This document shows positions 20,272 through 29,619 of a DNA stretch of 64,000 nt, in pieces (position 1 is the first letter of the stretch; each line of letters begins with the position of its first letter). A program made the translations under genes and the position numbers. The notes beneath the pieces were generated by a model, which worked only from the letters and a program-made list of their open reading frames with translations, searched no databases and was not told the DNA's origin. The stretch covers positions 5,826 through 69,825 of the forward strand of contig JAFXHA010000070.1 of the NCBI GenBank assembly GCA_017536635.1. The letters run 5' to 3'. The stretch is from Clostridia bacterium. GTDB taxonomy: Bacteria > Bacillota > Clostridia > Oscillospirales > CAG-272.

Positions 20272-20535
20272 GAAAAATAAAAATACCTTTCGTCCCGTAT
20301 GGGACGAAAGGTAAACTTCCGCGATACCACCCAAATTGACCGTATATCAATACAGCCCTCTTCATTACATCTTGACGCGATAAACGTGCGGTTCTAATTA
20401 CTCGACGAGCGAGCTTTCTTCCGCAAGCTCCGAAGTGTTTTTCCCGCAACTGCTTTGCCGTCTTCTCAGCGCCGACGGCTCTCTGTGAAAGTTTTGTTTG
20501 CAGTACTCTCTTCATCACAGCCTATTATAACATTG
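20272..20535 (-). promoter_or_regulatory. T-box riboswitch leader with terminator, upstream of aspS-gatCAB
   Basis: The minus strand shows the T-box core TGGGTGGTATCGCGG (plus coordinates 20319-20333). This is followed by the terminator hairpin cctttcgtccc-atac-gggacgaaagg plus tatttttattttt (20273-20311). An AGAGAGTA Stem-I motif lies near the 5' end. A TTGACA-17-TACAAT promoter sits at 20567-20539. Confidence 0.85.
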
Positions 20536-20618
20536 TTTATTGTATCACACTTTTTTTTTGATGTCAAGAGATTTTTCTGAAAATATTGCGGTAATATTTG
20601 TATAAATATGTAAAGAGA

Positions 20619-21896
20619 TCAATATTTTGCGGGGTAATGGGTCTCGTAAAGATGGCGCAAACGGGCATATACCGCATCGTCGATCTCAGGCGTGCCGTTA
20701 ACGGAGGTCGGAAGCAGCATATCTCCCGCTACCTCGGGATCGGTGCAGGCTGTGTCGTTTCTCCACAGATCGCGCTCGGCTTTGTTGCGGAGATTCGGGA
20801 TATCCTTGGGTGCGCTGTTGTCAAGAATGGAGCGGAACGCAAACATTCCCGGCAGAGCCATATCCATAGCCTCGTAAACGTCGATAATGTCGGCCTCGGG
20901 ATTGCCCTTTATTTTTTCAATAAAGTGCCACATACAGTAAAAATCACTGCCGCCGTGTCCGTATCCCTTTGCCAGATGGTCAAGAGACAATTTTGGACTG
21001 TAATGTTCTTCCTTAGGATTGAAATAATCTCCCGAAAATTCATCGTAACGCACGTGAAGATCAAAGGTCTGCACGTAGTCGTTAGGATGCGCGTCTATGG
21101 GATTGTGCACGTTGCGGTTGCATTCCATAGAACCCTTCGAGCCGTACATACAGTACCAGGTAGAATCCTTATAAAGTCCGCCGTTAATGCCCTTTATAAT
21201 TCCACCGTTTTCAAGTGTTACCAGCATAAGTCCGAACGCGCCCGCCTTACTGCCGACACGCAGTTTTCTTTCAGTTTTCGTTCCCTCAATGCCGATTACC
21301 TTGACGGGTCGCAGGCCGGTAGCGTGTATTATCGGGCCGAGCGAATGTGTGCAGTAATAAGTAGAGTATACGTTATTTCTCCAATGGTTGGGCTCACCAT
21401 AAGTCAGAACGTGGGCACCGCCTTCGGTGTTGTGTATGTATTCACACTCACCGTACTCAAACTCTCCTATTTTGTTTTGCGCGTAAAGCTTTTTCATTTC
21501 ATAAGGAGCTCGCATATAGCAGTAGTTTTCGCCGTAGGCATATATCATCCCTGTTTCTTCAACGGCTTCTACGAGCTGGACCGCTTCCTTCATTGTCTGG
21601 CAGGGAAGCACCTCGGAGAAAACGTGTTTTCCGGCTCTCATTGCCTTTATCGCAAAGGGTGCGTGCTGATGAGCATAGTTTGCGAGCACGACACCGTCCA
21701 TATCGTGCTTTATGAATTCATCAAAATCCGCATAAAACGCAATATCCATACCTGCAAGATTTTTCTTCTGACGCTCAAGCACGTCGGGGTTTTTATCGCA
21801 TATCGCGACGATCTCGGCGTTTTGTGCAGATTTGCAGTATTGGATCATACTGTTTCCGCGGAAGCCTCCAAGCACACCTATTTTTACTTTTTTCAT
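20619..21896 (-). CDS. Gfo/Idh/MocA family oxidoreductase
   Basis: 425 aa with an N-terminal Rossmann region MKKVKIGVLGGFRG and a VFSEVLP motif (EKP-like). Confidence 0.8.
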   Translation of the reverse strand: MKKVKIGVLGGFRGNSMIQYCKSAQNAEIVAICDKNPDVLERQKKNLAGMDIAFYADFDEFIKHDMDGVVLANYAHQHAPFAIKAMRAGKHVFSEVLPCQTMKEAVQLVEAVEETGMIYAYGENYCYMRAPYEMKKLYAQNKIGEFEYGECEYIHNTEGGAHVLTYGEPNHWRNNVYSTYYCTHSLGPIIHATGLRPVKVIGIEGTKTERKLRVGSKAGAFGLMLVTLENGGIIKGINGGLYKDSTWYCMYGSKGSMECNRNVHNPIDAHPNDYVQTFDLHVRYDEFSGDYFNPKEEHYSPKLSLDHLAKGYGHGGSDFYCMWHFIEKIKGNPEADIIDVYEAMDMALPGMFAFRSILDNSAPKDIPNLRNKAERDLWRNDTACTDPEVAGDMLLPTSVNGTPEIDDAVYARLRHLYETHYPAKY

Positions 21897-22060
21897 AGTT
21901 TATATCTCCTTTCTCGTTGAGATCAATTATATCTTAACATTGAATTCGTCAAAAGTAAAGGGATTTTTTCCTCGTTTATCTGTAAAAAAGTTAGATAGAG
22001 CTTGATTTGTTATAAGCGTTATGATATAATAAAAAAGATAAATCTTGAACGGAGATAGAT

Positions 22061-22870
22061 ATGAGAGATAATATATGTCATTTTGTACCTTACCGTAAGG
22101 AATACGATTCTATACACACGATAAATTTCGTGCTCGAATCCGAGGGGAAGCCGCTTGATAAGCTCAAGGCGGAATCAGTTTATAAGATATATTACGTAAA
22201 TGGCGGAACCGGAAGGATTCATACGCCGGGTAAGATCACCGAGATCTCCGAGGGTGATATTTTCTTTACCTTCCCCGCGGCGCCGTTTTGCATTGAATCG
22301 GTCGAGGAGCTTTCGTATATGTATATCAGCTTTCTCGGCACACGGGCAAATATGATACTTGATATGTATAATATACGTGCCGATAATTTTATCTTTAAGG
22401 ATTTCAGAGAGATCGAGGCACATTGGACGAGCTGCCTTGGATTCGGATCCGGAATTTCGGATATGTCCAGTGAGAGTGCCTTGCTTTATGCCTTTGCCTG
22501 TATAGGAAAAAGACTTGCGGTTGAAGACGCATACGAACGAAACAAGGAAGAAACTGTTTCTGTGGTTAAAAAATATATAGACGATAACTTTTGCGATGCG
22601 GATATATCACTTGCCAAGATAGGCAAAAACGTCAATTACAATGAAAAATATATATCCTCGCTTTTCAAGTCTTATCTTAAGATCGGCGTGATAGATTACG
22701 TTAACACGCTTCGTATGCAATATGCCTGCACGCTGATGCAGCAGGGGCATAGGAGCATAAAGGATATATCAAATATGTGCGGATATACCGATCCGAACTA
22801 TTTTTCAAGACTTTTTAAAAAGAGAATGGGCGTTTCTCCAAAAGAATATATCTCCTCGATATTTTCATAA
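22061..22870 (+). CDS. AraC family transcriptional regulator
   Basis: 269 aa with a cupin-like N-terminus and a C-terminal double HTH (GYTDPNYFSRLFKKRMGVSPKEY). Confidence 0.85.
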   Translation: MRDNICHFVPYRKEYDSIHTINFVLESEGKPLDKLKAESVYKIYYVNGGTGRIHTPGKITEISEGDIFFTFPAAPFCIESVEELSYMYISFLGTRANMILDMYNIRADNFIFKDFREIEAHWTSCLGFGSGISDMSSESALLYAFACIGKRLAVEDAYERNKEETVSVVKKYIDDNFCDADISLAKIGKNVNYNEKYISSLFKSYLKIGVIDYVNTLRMQYACTLMQQGHRSIKDISNMCGYTDPNYFSRLFKKRMGVSPKEYISSIFS

Positions 22871-22939
22871 AAGGAGGACGGTGCTTTGCCCATATACGTT
22901 TTACGTACGTGGCGGAGCACCGTCATTTATGTTTTGAAT

Positions 22940-23698
22940 TTATTGTGCTCCGAGCGAATCGAATGTTATCTTACGGTACGCCGAGGGAGATACGCCGCTT
23001 CTCGATTTAAAAACGCGCGAAAAATAGTTATAGTCGCTAAATCCGACGGCGGCGGCTACCTGAGAAAGCGAGTAGCTGTCGTCGGGCAATAGCTTTTTGG
23101 CACGCTCTATTCTTTCGTCTATCAGGTAATCTATTATCGACTTCCCGATATCGCGCTTGAATACTGCGTCGCAATATATGGGTGAGAAGAATGTAAGAGC
23201 GCCTATGTCGTCAAGCGTTATCTTTTTATCGAGGTTCGAGTGAAGATACTTTATTATTTTGATCGTGAGCACGTTATAATGCCGTGCCTGCGCTCTGTCC
23301 TCAAGCACCGAAATGATGCAGGCAAGTATATGCGCGTTTTTTTCTTTATTATCAAGATAGGTCCTTCGGTTTATTTTGTCAAACGCCGAGATGAGCATAA
23401 GCGTTTCGCTATGTACGGCATCCTTTAAAAATACGGGAAGCTCTATTTTATCATCCGTATAAAAATTGAAGCTGATATACTCTACGTTGTCCGTCGAGTT
23501 CTTTCGAACGTAGGTGGTTCCGGGTGGCATAAATATCATATCTCCGTCGAAAAGCGTGTACGTTTTGCCGTTTACAGTGTATTCAAGAGAGCCTTTTAGA
23601 ACCAACGTCAGGTCATTGAATTTTATTTGAACTAACGACGAATGTCGGGGTGGGGCGTTGATATTATGCCTCGCTAAGATAATATCCAGGTTTTTCAT
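22940..23698 (-). CDS. AraC family transcriptional regulator
   Basis: 252 aa with a cupin-like N-terminus and a C-terminal HTH (GFSDYNYFSRVFKSRSGVSPSAY). Confidence 0.85.
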   Translation of the reverse strand: MKNLDIILARHNINAPPRHSSLVQIKFNDLTLVLKGSLEYTVNGKTYTLFDGDMIFMPPGTTYVRKNSTDNVEYISFNFYTDDKIELPVFLKDAVHSETLMLISAFDKINRRTYLDNKEKNAHILACIISVLEDRAQARHYNVLTIKIIKYLHSNLDKKITLDDIGALTFFSPIYCDAVFKRDIGKSIIDYLIDERIERAKKLLPDDSYSLSQVAAAVGFSDYNYFSRVFKSRSGVSPSAYRKITFDSLGAQ

Positions 23699-23817
23699 GT
23701 TAATATTGTGCTATAATCCTTTATTTTCGTTAAGATTTTACATTGATTTTTATTGAAAAAGTGCTATAATTATTATAACAAGCAAAAATATGTATGTCAA
23801 TAGGAAGGAGAACTTTT

Positions 23818-24672
23818 ATGATAAGACTTTCTGCGTTTGCAGATGAGGCGTCGCCATCTCTTGACGGACAGATCGCGGCTATGAAAAGAAACGGTATAGA
23901 TTATCTTGAAATACGCGGCGTGAACGGGGAGAATATTTTAAATATATCCTTTGAAAATGCGAGAATATACGCAGATCAGCTTGCCGAAGCCGGTATCAAG
24001 GTATGGTCGATAGGCTCGCCGATCGGCAAGGTAAAGATAAGCTCGGATCTTGAGGAGCACAGAAATAAGCTTCGACACATTTGTGAGCTTGCAAAAATAT
24101 TCGGAACTGATAAGGTGCGTATTTTCAGCTTTTTTGAAGCGTATGAGTGCGAGGATAAGGTGTTCTCGGAGCTCTCCGAGATGGTAAAGATTGCCGCCGA
24201 ATACGGCGTTGGGCTTTATCACGAAAACGAAAAGCACATATACGGAGACACGCTTGAAAGAGTTCTTCGCATAATGGACAGAGTTGAGGGGCTGAAGCTC
24301 GTATACGATCCCGCGAACTTCCTCGAGGTTGGTGAGGATAGTGAAAAAACGCTCGAGGCTCTTCATTCAAGGACGGATTATTTTCATATCAAGGACGTTA
24401 TTTCCGAGACACGAACGCTTGTCCCTGCGGGACACGGAGACGGTCGCATCGACGAGCTGATCGCGAGGATATCGCCCGATGAGGACAAAACTCTCACTCT
24501 TGAGCCGCATCTGAAGGTTTTCAAGGGCTACGCCGAGATAGATGCCACAGAGATGAAAAACAAATTTGAGTACGCGACCAACGACGACGCTTTCGACGCG
24601 GCGGCACAGGCGCTTATATCTCTGATCAAGGCACAGGGATATAAAAAGGTTGAGGGCGGCTATAATAAATAA
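23818..24672 (+). CDS. Sugar phosphate isomerase/epimerase (xylose isomerase-like TIM barrel)
   Basis: Start moved to the ATG at 23818, with RBS ggaaggag at 23803-23810. The sequence MIRLSAFADEASPSL...LYHENE...FHIKD...LEPH gives the AP-endonuclease-2/TIM-barrel pattern. Confidence 0.8.
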   Translation: MIRLSAFADEASPSLDGQIAAMKRNGIDYLEIRGVNGENILNISFENARIYADQLAEAGIKVWSIGSPIGKVKISSDLEEHRNKLRHICELAKIFGTDKVRIFSFFEAYECEDKVFSELSEMVKIAAEYGVGLYHENEKHIYGDTLERVLRIMDRVEGLKLVYDPANFLEVGEDSEKTLEALHSRTDYFHIKDVISETRTLVPAGHGDGRIDELIARISPDEDKTLTLEPHLKVFKGYAEIDATEMKNKFEYATNDDAFDAAAQALISLIKAQGYKKVEGGYNK

Positions 24673-24690
24673 ACAATCAGAGGAGGATTT

Positions 24691-25545
24691 ATGATAAGAC
24701 TTGCAGCGTTTGCCGATGAGGCGTCTCCGTCTTTGGAGAGGCAGATAGCGGCGCTTAAAAGAAACGGCATAGAGTATATTGAATTAAGAGTCATAAACGG
24801 AGCAAATATTGCGAAATATTCGCTCGAGGAAGCCAAAATATACGCAAAGCAGCTTGAAGACGCTGGTATAAAGGTCTGGGCTATCGGCTCGGGTATCGGT
24901 GTTATCAGCATAAACGCCGATCTGGATGAGCATAAAAACCAGCTTCGCCACGTTTGTGAGATTGCAAAAATATTCGGAACCGATAAGATAAGAATGTTCA
25001 GCTTCCACGAAGCGAATGACAGCGAGGACAAGGTCTTTTCGGAGCTTAATGAAATGGTCGCGATCGCTAACGAATACGGTATCGGTCTTTATCACGAGAA
25101 TGAAAGAGCTATGTACGGTAACACGCTTGAAAGAATACAACGGTTGATGGAAAACGTTCAGGGCTTGCACTACGTGTATGATCCGTCAAACTTTCTTCAA
25201 ACGGGAGAGGATAGCGCGGTAACGCTTGAGGCTCTTCACTCGAAAACCGATTATTTTCATATCAAGGACTTTGTGTCAAGCACAAGAAGCGTAGTCCCCG
25301 CGGGATACGGCGACGGACGCATATCCGAGCTTATCGACAGAATATCCCCCGATGATGATATGACGCTGACCGTTGAGCCCCATCTCAGGGTCATCAAGGA
25401 AGGATCTGAAATGGATAAGGCGGAGATGAAAAACAAATTCTGTTATGCTACGGGCGACGAAGCGTTCGATGCGGCGGCACAGGCGTTGATCGCTTTGCTT
25501 GAAGCGCAAGGATATAAAAAGATTGACGGAGGTTATAAAAAGTAA
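24691..25545 (+). CDS. Sugar phosphate isomerase/epimerase (tandem paralog of 23818..24672)
   Basis: 284 aa, colinear and highly similar by eye to the preceding gene (MIRLAAFADEASPSL...GYKKIDGGYKK). Confidence 0.8.
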   Translation: MIRLAAFADEASPSLERQIAALKRNGIEYIELRVINGANIAKYSLEEAKIYAKQLEDAGIKVWAIGSGIGVISINADLDEHKNQLRHVCEIAKIFGTDKIRMFSFHEANDSEDKVFSELNEMVAIANEYGIGLYHENERAMYGNTLERIQRLMENVQGLHYVYDPSNFLQTGEDSAVTLEALHSKTDYFHIKDFVSSTRSVVPAGYGDGRISELIDRISPDDDMTLTVEPHLRVIKEGSEMDKAEMKNKFCYATGDEAFDAAAQALIALLEAQGYKKIDGGYKK

Positions 25546-26330
25546 TGGAATTCGGACTTAATTTATATTCGATAAGAAATCTTATAAAAGAGGAAGATAT
25601 GTTTCTTGATACCGCGCATAAGCTTCGCGAGATGGGATATGATTTCCTTCAGTTTTCGGGAGCGCCCTTTGACGCGGATCTTATAGCGCGTGTCAGCCGC
25701 GAGAGCGGACTTGAGACCGTGCTTACACACGTTCCGATGGACAGAGTTATAAACGAGCCAGAGCTGCTGGTTCGCGAGCACGCTAAATTCGGATGTACGA
25801 GGATCGGCATCGGCGGAATGGGCGGAAAAATAATGTCGGACGACAAGGCGTTCGTCGAGACTGTGGAAAAGCTGGAGCAGGCTGCCAAAATAATGGCGGA
25901 AAACGGCGCGACCTTCTTTTATCATAATCATCATTACGAGTTCCGCAAGATCGGAGACGTTACGCTTCTTGAGTATATGCTTGAAAACGCACCCCACGTA
26001 AATTTCACGCTTGATACGTATTGGGCGCAGTACGGCGGTGTGAGTGTTATTGATACAGTCAAAAAATTTGCGGGAAGAATAGAATGTGTGCATCTGAAGG
26101 ATTATATGGTCAATTTCAAGACAGGCGATGACGGCAAGCTCAGTGTTGCGCCCGTCTACGCTCCCGTTGGCGACGGAAATATTGATTTCAAGTCGGTCAT
26201 TTCCGAGATGCAGAAGTCAGGAGCGAAATTCTTCATCGTCGAGCAGGACAACGCGGCAGATTTGCCCGATACGCTCGGACAGGTAGAGCGCAGTATTAAA
26301 TATCTAAAAAAATTAAAAGGAGAATTTTAA
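25545..26330 (+). CDS. Sugar phosphate isomerase/epimerase family TIM-barrel protein
   Basis: 261 aa with FYHNHHYEF, VHLKD and FIVEQD motifs. Its start overlaps the upstream stop (TAATG). Confidence 0.75.
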   Translation: MEFGLNLYSIRNLIKEEDMFLDTAHKLREMGYDFLQFSGAPFDADLIARVSRESGLETVLTHVPMDRVINEPELLVREHAKFGCTRIGIGGMGGKIMSDDKAFVETVEKLEQAAKIMAENGATFFYHNHHYEFRKIGDVTLLEYMLENAPHVNFTLDTYWAQYGGVSVIDTVKKFAGRIECVHLKDYMVNFKTGDDGKLSVAPVYAPVGDGNIDFKSVISEMQKSGAKFFIVEQDNAADLPDTLGQVERSIKYLKKLKGEF

Positions 26331-26331
26331 A

Positions 26332-27498
26332 ATGGAAAAGGTAAGATACGGTATTATAGGACTTGGAAATCAGGGATCTCATTATGCGTTGAAGATATTT
26401 GACGCGGGGAAAGCCGTTGATGCTTACGTCAGCGCAATGTGCGATATCAATCCCGCAAAGATCAAGGCTATGAAAGAGAAAACGGCAAACAAGGATGCCG
26501 TATATTTTGAGAATTACATAGAGATGCTCGACAGCGGTCTTTGCGATGCTGTGATCGTCGCGGTGCCGCATTATCAGCATCCCGAAATGGTAATAGAGTG
26601 TCTCAAACGCGGCATCAACGTCATTTGTGAAAAGCCCGCGGGCGTTTACGCGAAGCAGGTAAGAGAGATGAACGAGGTCGCAAAAGAGTCAAAGGCAAAA
26701 TTCGGAATGATGTTCAACCAGCGTACCAACTGCCTCTACCGTAAGATGCGCGAGATGATCGCTAACGGAGATATAGGTGAGCTTCAGAGAGTTACCTGGA
26801 TAATCACCAACTGGTACAGAACGCAGGGCTATTACGATAACGGAAGCTGGCGCGCTACCTGGGAGGGTGAAGGCGGTGGAGTTCTCATCAACCAGAGCCC
26901 TCACCAGCTTGACCTTGTTCAGTGGATAGTCGGCAAGCTTCCCAAGTACGTAAACGGCTTCTGTCAGTACGGCAAGTGGCACGATATTGAGGTCGAGGAT
27001 GACGTAACCGCATACTTTGAGTATGATAACGGCGCTACGGGAGTGTTCATCACCACGACAGGTGAGGCGCCCGGTACTAACCGCCTTGAGATATCGGGTA
27101 CTCTCGGAAAGCTTCTGTGCGAGGGTGGAAAGCTTTGGCTCTACAAGAACGACACCGATTCGCGCGAATTCTCCAAGAGTTGCGTCGGATTCGGTCAGCC
27201 GAAGGCTGAAAAGATAGAGGTTGAGACCGACGGACTCAATAAGCAGCACGCAGGTATCGTTGATAACTTTACCCGCACGCTTCTTGGAAAAGAAGAATTG
27301 TTCGTTGACGGTATCGAGGGTATCCGCGGCGTTGAGCTGATGAATGCTATCGAGCTTTCGGGCTGGCGCGGCGGCGTTAGGGTTGAGCTTCCCGTGAACG
27401 AGGAAGAATATCTTGCCGAGCTTAATAAGCATCGAGCAACGTCGCGCTTTAAAGAAAGCTTCACGGATACGGTTGCGGATACGGCGGGAACCTTCTGA
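26332..27498 (+). CDS. Gfo/Idh/MocA family oxidoreductase
   Basis: 388 aa with YGIIGLGNQG, a VICEKP motif and GGGVLINQSPHQLD. Confidence 0.85.
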   Translation: MEKVRYGIIGLGNQGSHYALKIFDAGKAVDAYVSAMCDINPAKIKAMKEKTANKDAVYFENYIEMLDSGLCDAVIVAVPHYQHPEMVIECLKRGINVICEKPAGVYAKQVREMNEVAKESKAKFGMMFNQRTNCLYRKMREMIANGDIGELQRVTWIITNWYRTQGYYDNGSWRATWEGEGGGVLINQSPHQLDLVQWIVGKLPKYVNGFCQYGKWHDIEVEDDVTAYFEYDNGATGVFITTTGEAPGTNRLEISGTLGKLLCEGGKLWLYKNDTDSREFSKSCVGFGQPKAEKIEVETDGLNKQHAGIVDNFTRTLLGKEELFVDGIEGIRGVELMNAIELSGWRGGVRVELPVNEEEYLAELNKHRATSRFKESFTDTVADTAGTF

Positions 27499-27506
27499 GG
27501 TGCAGT

Positions 27507-28484
27507 ATGAGAAGTGCTATAATAGGACTTGGCGTAATAGGTAAGGTGCACGCCAAGGTGCTCAGCTCACAGCAAAAGATGGTCGCAGCTCTTTGCGATA
27601 TAGATATCGGCGCAGCTGAACGCGTACGGGAGCAGTTTGCGCCCGATGCGGTGATATATTCGGATTACAGGCTGATGCTTGACGAAATAAAGCCCGACGT
27701 CGTACATATCTGCACACCGCACTACCTGCACGCAGAAATGGTAATAGCGGCGCTTGACAGGGGAATAAACGTTCTTTGCGAAAAGCCGCTTTGCATCAGA
27801 CGTGAGGATATCGGAAGAATCCTTGATGCAGAGAGCCGATCGACAGCACAGCTCGGGGTTTGTCAGCAGAACAGATATCTTGAGGTAAATGAGTTCGTCA
27901 AGGAATATCTCGCCGATAAAAAGATCGTCGGCGCGCACGGCTCTGTCGCTTGGAGCAGAGATGCGGATTATTATAATTCTGCCGAGTGGCGCGGAACACA
28001 GGATCAGGAGGGCGGTGGAGTGCTTATAAATCAGGCGCTTCATACGCTTGATCTCGTGCAGTGGTTCTGCGGAGAGCCGACTGAGGTAGTAGCAAGCAAG
28101 GACGCCCTTATGCTTGGTGATGTGATCGAGGTCGAGGACACTCTGTCAGCGCGGTATTTCGGCGAAAATCCCTTCAGCTTTTTCGCAACGAATTGCGCAC
28201 CTTGCGGTTTCCCCGTGCAGATCAATATACTGCTTTCCAACAAAGAAAAGCTGACCGTTCTTCCAAGTGTTCTTTTGATAAACGACGAGGTCAAGCTGCG
28301 CAAGGGACAGAAACAGGTGCTCGGCAAGGCGTGTTACGGAAACGGCCACGAGGCGCTGATCGACGACTTTTACGATTGCGTCGCCACGGGGCGTCATTTC
28401 ACGATCGACGGCGCAGAGGCTGCCAAGGTCGTGCGTATGATACTTGCCGCGTACGAGAGCAACGGAGAGAGAGTAAGCGTTTAA
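27507..28484 (+). CDS. Gfo/Idh/MocA family oxidoreductase
   Basis: 325 aa with AIIGLGVIGKVH, VLCEKP and GGGVLINQALHTLD motifs. Confidence 0.85.
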   Translation: MRSAIIGLGVIGKVHAKVLSSQQKMVAALCDIDIGAAERVREQFAPDAVIYSDYRLMLDEIKPDVVHICTPHYLHAEMVIAALDRGINVLCEKPLCIRREDIGRILDAESRSTAQLGVCQQNRYLEVNEFVKEYLADKKIVGAHGSVAWSRDADYYNSAEWRGTQDQEGGGVLINQALHTLDLVQWFCGEPTEVVASKDALMLGDVIEVEDTLSARYFGENPFSFFATNCAPCGFPVQINILLSNKEKLTVLPSVLLINDEVKLRKGQKQVLGKACYGNGHEALIDDFYDCVATGRHFTIDGAEAAKVVRMILAAYESNGERVSV

Positions 28485-28485
28485 T

Positions 28486-28520
28486 AAAAAGGCACGAAGA
28501 TCATATCTTCGTGCCTTTTG
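28486..28520. terminator. Bidirectional terminator
   Basis: aaaaaggcacgaaga-tcat-atcttcgtgcctttt, between convergent genes. Confidence 0.75.
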
Positions 28521-28524
28521 CCAT

Positions 28525-29469
28525 TTAATTAAGTACGTCTGCAAAGAAATCGCCGAGCTCGGTTACGTATTTTTCCATAGCTGCGGGGAAACAGAGACCG
28601 TGCTCTGCACCCTCGATGATCACAAGTCTCTTTTTATCCGAGACGCAGGCTTCAAAATTTTGCTCGCTCATATAGCAGGGAACGTAGCTGTCGGTATCTC
28701 CGTGAAAGAAGATTATCGGTAGGCGGCATTTCTTCATAGCCTCTATCGGAGAGAATTCGTCAAGATCAAAGCCGCCGAACAATCTTGCGCCAAGTCTCGC
28801 AAAGGGATAAAGCAGATCTGCGGGTAGCTTCATATCACGCATAACCTTTTTGATGATATCCTCGGACGAGGTGTATCCGCAATCGGCAAGCACACCCACG
28901 ACGTTGCTCGGCAGATCCATTGCCGACATCATCATAACAGTTGCCGCGCCCATCGATATACCCGTGATAATTATTTTTGCGTCCGCGTCAATGTTGTTGA
29001 TGGCAAAATTTACCCAATCAACGCAATCACGTCGCTCCTTTATTCCAAAGGTGATAACTTTGCCCTCGCTGTGTCCGCTCGCTCTGTGGTCGACGATCAG
29101 CGCGTTATGTCCAAGCTCGAAGCATCTGTAAACGCCGCCGCTGAGATCGCGCTCGGCAGAGCCTCGGTGCCCGTGGAAAAGTATTTCAAGGGGTGCGCCC
29201 TTTTTGTATTCGTAGTATTTTCCGCAAAGCTTCAGCCCATCGGACGAGGTGATGGATACGTCGGTGTGCGGCAGCTCGCGCGCGCCCTTTACCCAGGCGA
29301 TAAGCTGCTCGCGGCGCTCCGCGTAGGCTTTGCCGTCGGGAATCGGAAATTCATCCTCACATTTTTTGCGAGGTGAATAAAATATTCTGAAAAAGCAGAC
29401 GTATGCTGTGGCAAGCGTTGCGATCAATATTACTGCGATAATTATCAAGGGAATGAGCCAATATAACAT
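28525..29469 (-). CDS. Alpha/beta hydrolase with N-terminal membrane anchor
   Basis: 314 aa with an N-terminal TM helix, the nucleophile elbow GISMGAA and a late HG pair. Confidence 0.75.
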   Translation of the reverse strand: MLYWLIPLIIIAVILIATLATAYVCFFRIFYSPRKKCEDEFPIPDGKAYAERREQLIAWVKGARELPHTDVSITSSDGLKLCGKYYEYKKGAPLEILFHGHRGSAERDLSGGVYRCFELGHNALIVDHRASGHSEGKVITFGIKERRDCVDWVNFAINNIDADAKIIITGISMGAATVMMMSAMDLPSNVVGVLADCGYTSSEDIIKKVMRDMKLPADLLYPFARLGARLFGGFDLDEFSPIEAMKKCRLPIIFFHGDTDSYVPCYMSEQNFEACVSDKKRLVIIEGAEHGLCFPAAMEKYVTELGDFFADVLN

Positions 29470-29619
29470 TTAGTGTCCTCCGTTAACCTTATGCATATAT
29501 ATTAGCACTAAATATTTTATTTTTCAACGTATATTTGTAAAAAATAAAAAACTTGCTTTTTTGATAGAGGTATGATATAATTTTTTTAGACCATCAAATA
29601 AATCTTCAAAGGAGCTTGT

